Shown here: piece by piece, positions 39,401-49,309 of the stretch
Layout: each line of letters starts with the position of its first letter
How positions within the stretch are numbered: the stretch's first letter is position 1
From: Girardia tigrina
Lineage: Eukaryota
Length of the DNA: 49,309 bases
NCBI GenBank assembly: GCA_001938485.1
Contig: MQRK01238310.1
Location: 1 to 49,309 of the forward strand
Direction: 5' to 3'
Position numbers and translations under genes: made by a program
The notes under the pieces: generated by a model
Told to the model about the DNA's origin: nothing
What the model saw: only the letters and a program-made list of their open reading frames with translations
Database searches by the model: none

Positions 39401-39889
39401 GAAACCGGAGAAACTTTTAATGAAACATGGATGGACAAACTCCACTATTTAAATGCTGTTGTAAATGAAGTAATGCGTATTCACAGCTTAAGTTCTTTTA
39501 CGTCGTTCCATCGAGCAACAGCTGACGTTAAAATTCAAGAGTACGATATACCGAAAGATACTATTATTGCTCTAAATATATACGGAGCTCATTATGATGA
39601 AAGATATTGGAAAAATCCGAAAGAATTCAACCCTGAAAGATTTTTAAATGAAGAAAAGAAGTTTCAATTACCAAAAGAAGGTTTTATGCCATTCGGTGCC
39701 GGTCCGAGGATATGTATTGCAGAAAGATATACAGTTAAAGAGTCTCATTTTATTTTCACCGGAAGAATCTGTCAAGACTTTCGAATAGTTTGGAGTAAAA
39801 AAAATGAAATAAATGAAGTCGTTGAAGATTCGGAAAATACATTTTTCAGACATACGGCCCCTTTCTATGTAGAATTCCATCCACTTTAA
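28920..39889 (+). CDS. Cytochrome P450, CYP2-clan-like, 5 exons, predicted 508 aa
   Basis: Exons 28920-29247, 29298-29635, 31798-31893, 31943-32046 and 39229-39889 join through GT-AG introns with matching phases (1527 nt). Motifs: membrane anchor, LPPGPKAWPLVGS, WTELR, I-helix FAGMDA, EVMR, FNPERF, FGAGPRICIA. Confidence 0.9.
29950..30269 (-). mobile_element. Penelope-like GIY-YIG C-terminal remnant in P450 intron 2
   Basis: FYCESLLIRHYNPLINIH parallels the end of the 9486 ORF. TTGAAGATGATC...GATAGAGACATGTTA (29985-29950) is a decayed hammerhead-like core. Confidence 0.6.
30270..30965 (-). mobile_element. C2H2-finger retroelement 3' end, copy B, in P450 intron 2
   Basis: CTIEDCLKEFAEQKELNRHLKRDH, xQCSKGYKTKGWFTRHLRNDH and CPFRGCTKSTNTAKGMLNHGTTIH; clearly homologous to copy A. 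Confidence 0.7.
33121..33457. repeat. Inverted copy of the 27430 repeat, ending in a (TA)n run at a gap
   Basis: Reverse-complement similarity to 27430-27696. Confidence 0.7.
34188..35406 (+). mobile_element. Mariner (DD34D-type) transposon with both TIRs, inactivated, in P450 intron 4
   Basis: TIRs TTAGGTTGTTTAAAAAA with TA duplications. Decayed transposase with KWIP*EL, DEKW, LLHDNARPH, HPPYSPYLSPTD and a YFD* end. Confidence 0.9.
35715..35895. repeat. AT-rich dispersed repeat; inverted copy at 41037-41226
   Basis: Shared CCATCTGAGTAGGAG and CATACAAACAACAAACTTACAACATTCC blocks. Confidence 0.7.
37538..38985 (-). mobile_element. Tc1/mariner-superfamily element, probably maT/DD37D, with both TIRs, inactivated, in P450 intron 4
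   Basis: TIR core GTGTCCCACAATTGTGTCCCA at both ends with TA flanks. Minus-strand motifs IFSDEKLF, VFEQDSTPAH and SPVLNPIDYSIW. Confidence 0.82.
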
Positions 39890-40049
39890 TTTTCAGTTAA
39901 ATGTGATGTAAAACAAATGACAAGAAATGTATGAAAAGTGTAATAAAAGTATTGTATTGTAATAGAATAAACGATTTATCTTTATATTTTTATTAATAAA
40001 TAAAATTATTGAAGATCACTACTTCAATCCATAGGAAAAATTATTATTA

Positions 40050-41000
40050 CAGGGTTATGCATTAATAAATTTAAAATTATTCATTAATATATTTAAAATT
40101 ATAAATAATTAGATAATTGAACAACAAAATTTATTACAATACAAAAAATTAAAATATTCAAGTTTAACTAAATAAAATCTTTTCTTGTAAGTGCTTATTG
40201 AATAAATCTCCTCATATTTCTGAAACAACCTGTAAAATCCACATTTTGATCCTCCAAAATTTCAATTATTTTTTCTTCAATTTGTTTTCTTGTGATATTT
40301 GTACGGACACAAAAGCGGCAAGTTTGCTTTTAAAAAACCTCCTTGATCGGATTTAATTGTGGCGAATACGGTGTTGTAAATTTATTTTATATTTTTTTCT
40401 TGCAATAAACTGACTACATTTTGTCTATGATGAAATCGACAATTGTCCATTATCAGAATATGATAAGGAAAAGATAAAGTGTGGAACCAGTTCCGAATTC
40501 ATAAATTCGATGAAAGTTGTTTCATCAAATGATCCATTTTTAATTTTATAACAAACCAAAACTGTTTTTTAATTGCAACCATGCAATTAATAAATTAATC
40601 TACTATGACTCACTAGTTTATAATATTTAGAATTTTTTGGTGAGTAACCATAAATTCTTGTTACGTGAAAATTGACACCCGTGTCGCTCAAAAGATGTAA
40701 ATTATCGTCATCAATATGTATCGTCATCAATAAGCATAAATTTGTCTCATTTTGATATTTTTTGGATTGTTTCTTTCCCCGTAATTGTGACGAGTCTTAT
40801 TCGTGTGAATTCCATTTTTTTAGTGTTCTGAAAATGGTACTTTGACTTTTTAAAATACAATTCAAAGCCAGCTCACACATAAGTTCTGTTTGGTTATAAT
40901 TATTGTCTCTAAGCAAAAGCTGAAACAGTTTGTTTTTAATTTCTGAACGAGAGGTTATTTTTCTTCCTTTTTTGAACTTAAAATTTCCTCGTTGTTAAGG
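40050..41000 (-). mobile_element. IS630/Tc1-like (DDE) transposase remnant
   Basis: Minus-strand LIMDNCRFHH and TPYSPQLNPIKEVF. The left end begins TA|CAGGG; the right boundary is approximate. Confidence 0.7.
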
Positions 41001-41418
41001 TGTTTGCTAATTTTTTTATTATATTTGTGAAGGAAAATTCGGAATGTTGTAAGTTTGTTGTTTGTATGCTGTTTAGATTTGTTACTCCTACTCAGATGGA
41101 ATTGATTTGTTATTGATTAATTATTTAAATCTAATGAAATTAATATATTGATATTAATTTTAAATACTAATTAATTAAAAGTTTTATATTTATAAATTTT
41201 AATAATATTTTTAGTAAACGATTTTTACTCTGTGATTGTTTGTCTCTTTTTTGGTTTTTCACTTGATCGCCTTTATTTAGGTCCAACAGATCGTCATATT
41301 CATTATAGTTAATTAATATTAAGAAATTTAAATTTTTATTTACAATATGTTTAAATTTCGATTATTCAATCATATATTCAAACATATAATTCTAAATATT
41401 TTAATGAATAATTTCATA

Positions 41419-41893
41419 AATTGGAGGAGACAGTAGAAATTGGAGAACCGACAATGACAGCAGCGAAAACCAGTTCAAATAACACAGAAGAAAAAGTCGT
41501 AGGAAACCTCAACATTCGAGGCAACTAGATTCAATCCGTTACGGATCCCCCGACTATATCGACGGCGGTGGAAGAAGCTTTGGGTTCAGAAGAAACATAT
41601 CTGACTTTTAGGATTGCAGATCTAACTGCAAGGGAGAATTCAGACGTCCCTTTCTCGGCTCTACGAAGTTCACGAATACACCAAGGGTATGCAAAACCAT
41701 GGCTATACAACCCATGGGTGGTCGTTTCTCACATTGAATCCGAAAAGATCTCGGAGACCAAAACTATCCGACCCTGTAGGAGGCATATCGGGGGGCTACT
41801 AGTGATTCTTTAGTTTGGGTGGACCACCTAAAGAGCCTAGAGGCTCAATACCCTTCGAAAGAGATGGGAGGCCCACATAACAGAGACAAATAG
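41419..41893 (+). mobile_element. C2H2-finger retroelement 3' end, copy C
   Basis: PTISTAVEE...ETYLTFRIAD and the shared tail ...GAAAGAGATGGGAGGCCCACA. Confidence 0.65.
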
Positions 41894-42011
41894 TCATCAC
41901 ATAGCATTAATTATAATTAATAATTATTACTCAATAATTATTGAGTGTTTAAAAATAAGTAGATTGAGTAAGATTCTTGATTGATAAGAAAAAATTACGA
42001 AAAAATTTTTT

Positions 42012-42843
42012 CGAAAAAATTGAAAATAAAACTATAACGAATAAAAAAAACGCAACTTTGCCATTTCATAAAGTATATTTAAACAAACACGATTAATAAA
42101 AATTTACAATTTGTTTTCTCTGAGTTACAATGCGAAATAAATTTTTAACTTTAATTTTAAAAATCACATTTTATTTACATAATATTTTTTGTAATGTTTT
42201 TGATTTATTTTTTTTAATTAAGAATCATGCGAACTCAAATCGTCCACTATTTAAAGAAGATTAGCTTCTTTTAATTTTTTTTATTGATAATTCATAGTAT
42301 CGGATCCAAAGTATCGAATCCAATTTTTTCGGATTGAATCTAGTTACCTCGAATGTTGAGGTTTCCTACGACTTTTTCTTCTGTGTTATTTGAACTGGTT
42401 TTCGCTGCTGTCATTGTCGGTTCTCCAATTTCTACTGTCTCCTCCAATTCATTATTGATAAGAAACTACAACCCATCCACGCTGTTTATACTTGTAGTGA
42501 CCAAAAATTCCCCCAATTCGAAATTGGAATAAATTTGGTAATTTTAGTTCCGATACTTTATGAATTATCAATAAAAAAAATTAAAAGAAGCTAATCTTCT
42601 TTAAATAGTGGACGATTTGAGTTCGCATGATTCTTAATTAAAAAAAATAAATCAAAAACATTACAAAAAATATTATGTAAATAAAATGTGATTTTTAAAA
42701 TTAAAGTTAAAAATTTATTTCGCATTGTAACTCAGAGAAAACAAATTGTAAATTTTTATTAATCGTGTTTGTTTAAATATACTTTATGAAATGGCAAAGT
42801 TGCGTTTTTTTTATTCGTTATAGTTTTATTTTCAATTTTTTCG
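42012..42843. repeat. Long near-perfect inverted repeat (about 290-bp arms)
   Basis: 42012-42303 versus 42550-42843. The spacer contains an inverted copy (42330-42449) of 41419-41538. Confidence 0.88.
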
Positions 42844-42856
42844 TAAGAAAGCCGAT

Positions 42857-43225
42857 ATGTCAGATAAATATGCTTCCTTTATCGGTAAATGGGTGAACGT
42901 GAAATGCAAATCGTTCGTTTGTACTGGCACAATTGAGACAGTCCATAAAAATTTGATTTTATTTTCGAATGCAGAAAATAGTGATTGTCAAATCACATCG
43001 AAACACAAGGGAATCGACAAATCAATAATTAATTCCGAATTGATCGACTCGAAACCGACAGTGGTAAATGTGTTTGCATCGAAGACACAGCCGCCAGTGA
43101 TCAGACGAGGCGGATCGAATTCGGTTGTCGATAGAAACAATCGGAGAAATTCGATCGAATTCAATCCGTTGCCGCGCGCGGTGGATAATTACAATTCGAT
43201 GGAATGTCGATTCTCGAGGTGCAGA
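42857..43225 (+). pseudogene. N-terminal LSm-domain gene fragment, EDC3/LSm14-like
   Basis: FIGKWVNVKC...CTGTIETV...ILFSNA resembles the N-terminal LSm fold of EDC3 and is followed by a polar linker. The ORF then runs into repeat-like and AT-rich sequence, and I found no downstream exons. Confidence 0.45.
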
Positions 43226-44164
43226 AACCAACTTTCCGACAAGACCCTCACAACTCCCTGTGGTGTCAATGCAGGTGGGGTGTCATGCTCTTCCGCCACA
43301 CACCACACTATATTAATACTATTTGCAGAGATTTTACCTACTTTATTTTATCTATTCTTATAACACTTTATCCTATTAAACATGCTATTATAATATATTA
43401 ACTTGTAAATATCCTCTTGTAAATAAATGATGTATTCCAATGAAAACAAGAAATAATTAAATATTCAAATAGTTAAATTTTTTTTAGAAAAAAATTAAAA
43501 ATTGCTAAATAATAAATAATTAATTACTCTTTTATTTTTTTAATAAAGATCAGAGGTATCCAAAATTTTAAGCCTGCATATCCCCTACATAAGGCGATTT
43601 GTAATTATAATAAATTGAAAAAAAACGTTTTAGCATTTCATGTAAAAATTAGTACGAAACAATAAACATTGGCAAGGAAAAAATCTAAGTAGGAAAATCT
43701 AAAGGATTGTATCAAGACGAAATAGAACCTAAAAGTTGCAACATTTTGACCACATCTTCATAGTAAGAATAAAACGAAACGATAAAAATGGGTTTTCTAT
43801 GTAACGCTTGGTCAAACTTGATTTATGGAACGAAAATAAACCATTCGATGAGAGTAACTCAAACGTGAACACGAATACATAGCAGTAGAAACAAAAATTG
43901 TAATTCTCTTCTAATATCTGTATGTTTTTTCATCTTGATTAAAAACGTAATCGAAAAATTTTATTAATATTTTGTGCTCTTTTGGTAAGATAAAATAAAA
44001 GGCAACAAATAAAAACAACAACTGTTATTGAAATTAAAGAAAATGTAATAAAAAACCAGATTTACGTAATATCCTAAGTATAAGAAGCAAATAATAAATA
44101 CAAATATAAAATTAAACAAAGATTTATTCATTGAACAAGTAATTATCTTTATTAAAATCTTCTA

Positions 44165-45065
44165 CAGCGTGACGCAAAATAAACTCCAAGGTACTTTTCT
44201 ATTTGATCTTTTTATCCACCTACTTTTTTATAGGTAAAGTATACATTTTTAGAATCCTGAGCGTCGCCAAATTCTGATGGTATATAAAAAAATCGAAAAA
44301 AAACATCAAAAATTAAAAAATTTTTTGAGACGAAAAATTTAACAAGCTTTTTATTCTATAAAAGCATAACAACAATTAATTATCGAATTTCAACTTGTCC
44401 TCCATCTCTAAGAAAACATTCATGCAAACATCGTCTGTAGTCGACCACAACGCGTTCATGAAGTGCGCGGTCTCCACGGATTTCATTGGTAACTCCTTCA
44501 ATCGTTGCTCTCAACTCTTTGATTGTGTTTGGTCGTTGTTCGCGATGATAAATTCGACCTTTCATGTAGCCCCACAACCAATAGTCACATGCTGTAAGAT
44601 CTGGCGAGCGAGGTGGCCATGTAACTGGAGCAGATGCGCCCGTGTTCTGCGACCTATCCATCGATTTGGAAACTGTTGACCCAACAATTCAAGAAAATAT
44701 CCAAGAATGTGTGGCGAAGCGCCGTCATGCTGCTCAGTGAGAGAATTGAAATTCAGCCAAGTTTGAAGCTCTGGAATAACGTGCTCTTGATACAATTCAG
44801 TCATCCAACGACCATTGATTCCGCGCTCATTTCCTTGTCGCTCCCAAAAGTATGGGACAACAACACCTTCGACACCAATTCCCATCCAAACTGTCAATTT
44901 TTGAGGATGAAATCGACGAACATCAAACCAATGAGGATTTTCATCGGCCCACATGATCCAGTCTTGACGATTGACGCTTCCGTCCAAATGAAAGTGGGCT
45001 TCATCCGTAAAAAGAAGATTGTTGAGTCTGTTTGCATCTTCATCCAATCGCTCCAATTCGGTTGC
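44165..45065 (-). mobile_element. Tc1/mariner rosa (DD41D-like) transposon, 5'-truncated
   Basis: FTDEAHFHLDGSVNRQ, QHDGASPH and WPPRSPDLTACDYWLWGYMK, with one frameshift. Terminus TA|CAGCGTG. Confidence 0.85.
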
Positions 45066-45270
45066 TTTTATATAAGAAATTAATGATTATGCAATCAATT
45101 ACGTAAGTCTAATCGAAAACTCTTAACAAATTAGTTGAGAGTGCTGTTAGAACATTGATTTTTGGATCACATTATCTTATCAAGAATGCTTCACATGACA
45201 CTCTCGCCCAAATATTTTTAAAATGCTTGCACAAAATCTTAAAATCATTTATGCTCATATTACATTTACA

Positions 45271-47024
45271 TTTTATATTATTTTGACTGATCATCATTGA
45301 GAATTTTAAAATATCAAATATACAGGATTTTCAGTACAATTTCGTGATTTTAAAGTTCAATCTCGTCATTTTTTAGTTCAATTTCGTCATTTTCAGTTCA
45401 ATTTAATCTATTTTAATTTCAATTTCGTTAATTTTTTTTAAATTTCGTTAAAAAAGCAAAAAGGCATATTATTTTCAAAATCTATATTTTTACATAGGAA
45501 ATAATCTGAAAAGCATATTGTACAATGACATTTATAGACAGAAACAACACCTAAAAATCTTAAAATAAAAAATTTAGTAGAAACCTCTTAGTTCCCTCAT
45601 CATTTGCCTGAAGAATCCATTGCAATCATCATTGGTAATTCGGTCAAAATCTTCGTCAATCAACCTGTTGAGCTCGTCACCATTATTTGGAGCAGCGCGT
45701 CTGATGTAGTCCTTCCATTTGGCGAACATATTTTCAATAGCATTGAACTGGCGGCAAGAAGAGAATTTTGTGTCGTGCTGTTTCAAAGAGTGTTTGGACG
45801 TTTCCACTCTTATGAAAAGCCATATTATCCATAACAATTGTGCATTTTGTAAAATTTCCTGCGTTCAACCAAGTAACAAAGTCTTGTATAAAGTTGGTAA
45901 AGGTCGTTCCATTAAATGCTGTGTTCTGTTGACTGAAAAATTTTTCTCCATCTTTATTGATTGCCGCACAAATACTTATGTTACGTGACCTAATACCAGG
46001 TGCAGTAAGAATTGGAGTTTCTGCCGAGCGCCCTCTTCCATAGCTGCTACGCATGCAAATATTCACACCAACTTCATCCAAAAAGAAAAAAATTACGTCA
46101 TATTTCTGTAATATTAAATCTTGAAATTGGTTTGAGTATTGTATCCGTGCTAACATATTACTATCTGAAATGCTTCTTTCTGTGACGACCTTTAATCTTT
46201 TGAAGGTGTAGTGTAAGTCTTTCAAGCTATTGCATATTGCAGTAACTGACAAATCAACGCTAAAATTAGTGTTCGCCTCTAACCTCAGTGAGTTCAGAGT
46301 AATATCACATTTTTCATCTACTCTTGATTGTATAAATGTCTTCATTTGATTTGTGATTTTGGTGTACCTGTGTCCGCCTTTCGGTTTTTGTAAAATTCGA
46401 TTTTCTTTTTTGTAAACATCAACGATTGATTGAATTGTAGTGCGTGACAATCTGAATATTAAGACGATTTCTTTAATGGATTTTCTTAACTGATAATTTT
46501 CAACTATTAGGTTTCAGACGTCATTGGAAATTTTATTTCTAACCATAAGCGTTTGTTAAAACAAAATTTTTATGCAATTAAAAGATAATAACGAAATTGA
46601 ATTAAAAAATGAAGAAATTGTACTGAAACCGCTGTAATACGGATTTCAATAAAATAATCCGAACACAAGAAGTTTCAGAATAAAAATCAAAATTTGTTCA
46701 CTATATATTAAATTATCAGAAATATTTCAAAGTTTAATCTAATTTACCGAAATTTTTTTATTGATCATATTTTTGGTGAATTGTTATCGAATTTCGATGG
46801 ACGATTTTAAGAATTACTTTGAAACTAAATTATCGACAGATTTTTGATTGAGACGAATTTTTATCGAATTTATTTGTTCATTTTTTAGGCGAAATCGACT
46901 TTGAATAATGAACGAATTTTGATTTTTATTCTGAAACTTCTTGTGTTCGAATTATTTTATTGAAATCTGTTTTATATTTGATATTTTAAAATTCTCAATG
47001 ATGATCAGTCAAAATAATATAAAA
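45271..47024. repeat. Foldback/MITE with about 115-bp arms, left arm split by a Tc1 insertion
   Basis: 45271-45322 joined to 46637-46700 is the reverse complement of about 46910-47024. Confidence 0.8.
45323..46634 (-). mobile_element. IS630/Tc1-like (DDE) transposon with TIRs, inactivated
   Basis: TIRs CAGnnnTTTCAGTACAATTTC with TA duplication and subterminal TTCAATTTCGT repeats. The transposase from ATG 46546 has an early stop, FLDEVG, VMDNMAFH, and a frameshift at FLPP before NAIENMF. Confidence 0.9.
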
Positions 47025-47313
47025 TTTACACATCACGAAATTCCAAAGCGCCATGGTCTGGTATTCGGGGTAACCTGAAAATAGGATGCAACCTCATTAA
47101 TAATTAAATGTATTAGAAATCATATATCATAAATTATTGCCAACTTTTTGAAGTGTTCTTTAATATTGTTCATTAATTTCAATATTCTTTTATTATCGTA
47201 TATTATTCAATGTTACGGAAGTGATGAAAAATTTAGAATTTTGAGTACTTTTACGACATTACATAAAAAGGACTTGAAGACAACTGAATCAACAAGAAAA
47301 ATATATGCAGTTA

Positions 47314-47900
47314 CCGTAATTTCCGCACTACATGTATAAGGCGGTATTATAAGCCGCACATTGCCTGCTTTTCCAAAAAGAAAACATTAACGTAAAAGCC
47401 GCATTTACAATATGCCGTATTATAAGCCGCATACTAAATGTAAGGATTTTAAGCCCATTTTAAATAAATCAGTTCAAATGAAATAAACTAATAATACTAA
47501 TTAATATATTCACCAAAATATTTTATTAGTTTTCTAAGAAATCATTTAAATTTTCATGATACTCAGAATTGCTATCAGTTACTGCATCTGAATCCACAGC
47601 CTGATTTTTGGTCTCAATTAGCCCAACCCAAAAGCCTCAAAGCAGATCCCTAATCTGGTACACGAAGATTTTCTAATGAAATGACCATTTCATAGACTTC
47701 AGTCATGTGACACCATACCTTTAGTAAGATTAAAAAACGATACCACTGGATAACACACCATTTAACCAAGGTTCAAGCTCAACGCTTGTGGAAATCTGTC
47801 GATAACTACTTCAAAGTTAACTTTTTTTGCCTAATTGTAACCAGTAATTAGAAATGGATTTATTTCAGTAACCGCAATAAACAGAATGAGTGGACACCCA
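47314..47900 (-). mobile_element. pogo/Tigger-like end and decayed body
   Basis: TA|CCGTAATTTCCGCACTA terminus with repeated TATAAGCCGCA units. The coding remnant is too decayed to confirm. Confidence 0.45.
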
Positions 47901-48285
47901 ATGCAGTTTTGATTTATTAGAGAAATATATCGACAGTTTAATAGTTATAAGTTAAAATCAAGGGATCTCTTTTCATTGAACATTTTCTCACGTCCCATGC
48001 GCCTTCCGAAATTGGTAATTTTTGATTTATTGTTTTTATTACATTACTATTATCATTATTTATTATATTTTCATTTTTATTATTTGATTTCAATTGAATT
48101 GAATCAATTGTATTTTTTATTAAATTATTTAAGAAGCACTTGGAAAACAAGAACTTCGTTTCAAAATTGGAAAACGCAATCTCAGTTATTTTCCATATTA
48201 AAATTGAAAATTGGTTAAAATTAAAAAACACTAATTATATAGACTAAATTTATTTATTAACTTTTATAAGCTGCAGTATGTCTTC

Positions 48286-48720
48286 TTATCTTTGTCTGTC
48301 TCTTCCTCTTTTTTGAATAGGCACCTGAATATTCGATGTTATCAAATTAGCTGCAGCCAAAGGTAGCACACGATTAAAATATGAACTAAAATACTTTGGA
48401 ACGGTAAACTCATTAGGAACACATTTAATAACATTAAAACTTTTATGAGCAATTACAGGCCATAAAGGAATGAAAGAAATCTTAGAATTGATCCATGCGG
48501 AGCATTCACAAGTTTTTTCGCGCAAGCTAACTTGATATCTATTGTCACCCAATTAAATTTCATTAACAGAAGCTACTACTTTCAGTTTTGTAGCTTTTAA
48601 ATTATTTCTGTTCAAATTTCTGAAACAATTATCGACCACAGCATTTGAAAATTGCATGCCTCTTTTCTCAGAAAAAAGAGTCATTACAATTTTTATTGGA
48701 ATAATCAACTTGAAAGTATT
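48286..48720 (-). mobile_element. MULE/Mutator transposase C-terminal remnant (SWIM-like finger)
   Basis: YQVSLREKTCECSAW...IP followed by FTVPKYFSSY and KRGR, the usual post-SWIM pattern. Confidence 0.65.
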
Positions 48721-48838
48721 TTTTATCAAATGTTAATTACCTTTATATCTAAAATCTATCCACAATTCTTCTATTAACTTTTTTGGTTTGATAGTTTCGA
48801 GATAGTTTTTGCAAGTACTTATCTTAGATATCCATTTT

Positions 48839-49145
48839 AGTAGGGGAAAAATGCTGGTTCTCCACCACCCCCACGGGGGAAGGTCGTCCCTAGTTACCGT
48901 GGTTGCCATGGCAACGGTCGCGGTTACCATAGCAACGGCCGCGATCACCTTAGCAACGGTTCCAGTTTACTTGGAAACGCTTCTGATTGGTTCCCGGTTC
49001 CTTAGCAACGGTTTCGGCTCCCCGGGTAACAGTAACCAAGGGACGTTTTTCATTAGCAACGGATACAGTGATCCAAGGCGGTTGTAACCATGGTTACGGT
49101 TCTCGTATCCATAGCAACCATGACCTCGTAACTAAGGACCGTAGA
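48839..49145 (+). repeat. GC-rich element with about 21-bp units containing RFX X-box-like palindromes
   Basis: GTTGCCATGGCAAC (48902), GTTACCATAGCAAC (48923), ATCACCTTAGCAAC (48944), GTTTACTTGGAAAC (48965) and further TAGCAAC half-sites. Confidence 0.75.
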
Positions 49146-49309
49146 AAAAAGTTCTAATCGATCACTGCACAGTGTCCAAATGTGCTAAGGATTATTTTGA
49201 AAGTGCTAATCGATAGTGCACATTTTGCCACACATTTCTAATGTGCTAGCACAGTGCTTTTTAAGTTGCACATGTGTAAAAGTACAAAAATCAATACATT
49301 AAATTTTTT

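Noticed and set aside
48890-49145. Regular repeat units as a CRISPR array
   Set aside because: Degenerate tandem units without unique spacers, no cas genes, and a eukaryotic context.

Overview
AT-rich eukaryotic, probably metazoan, genomic DNA with several N gaps; the species cannot be fixed from this window. It holds two apparently intact host genes: an intronless LRRC74-like leucine-rich-repeat gene (4799-6271, +) and a 5-exon CYP2-clan-like cytochrome P450 (28920-39889, +). A truncated EDC3/LSm-like fragment starts at 42857. Most of the remaining recognisable sequence is decayed mobile DNA: two BEL/Pao and two Ty3/Gypsy LTR retrotransposons, two Penelope-like GIY-YIG tails with decayed hammerhead-like cores, a multi-copy C2H2-finger retroelement 3' end, several Tc1/mariner-superfamily elements, Helitron ends, MITE-like foldbacks and a MULE remnant. 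The most striking observation is in the second BEL/Pao element. A complete, ungapped 76-aa ubiquitin domain ending LKGG sits in frame directly before the Met that opens the Gag region, which suggests a retrotransposon that captured ubiquitin as a host-protease processing signal. Secondary points are a P450 lacking the catalytic I-helix Thr and a 21-bp-period array of RFX X-box-like motifs. All alignments and boundaries were worked out by eye, with no database searches.
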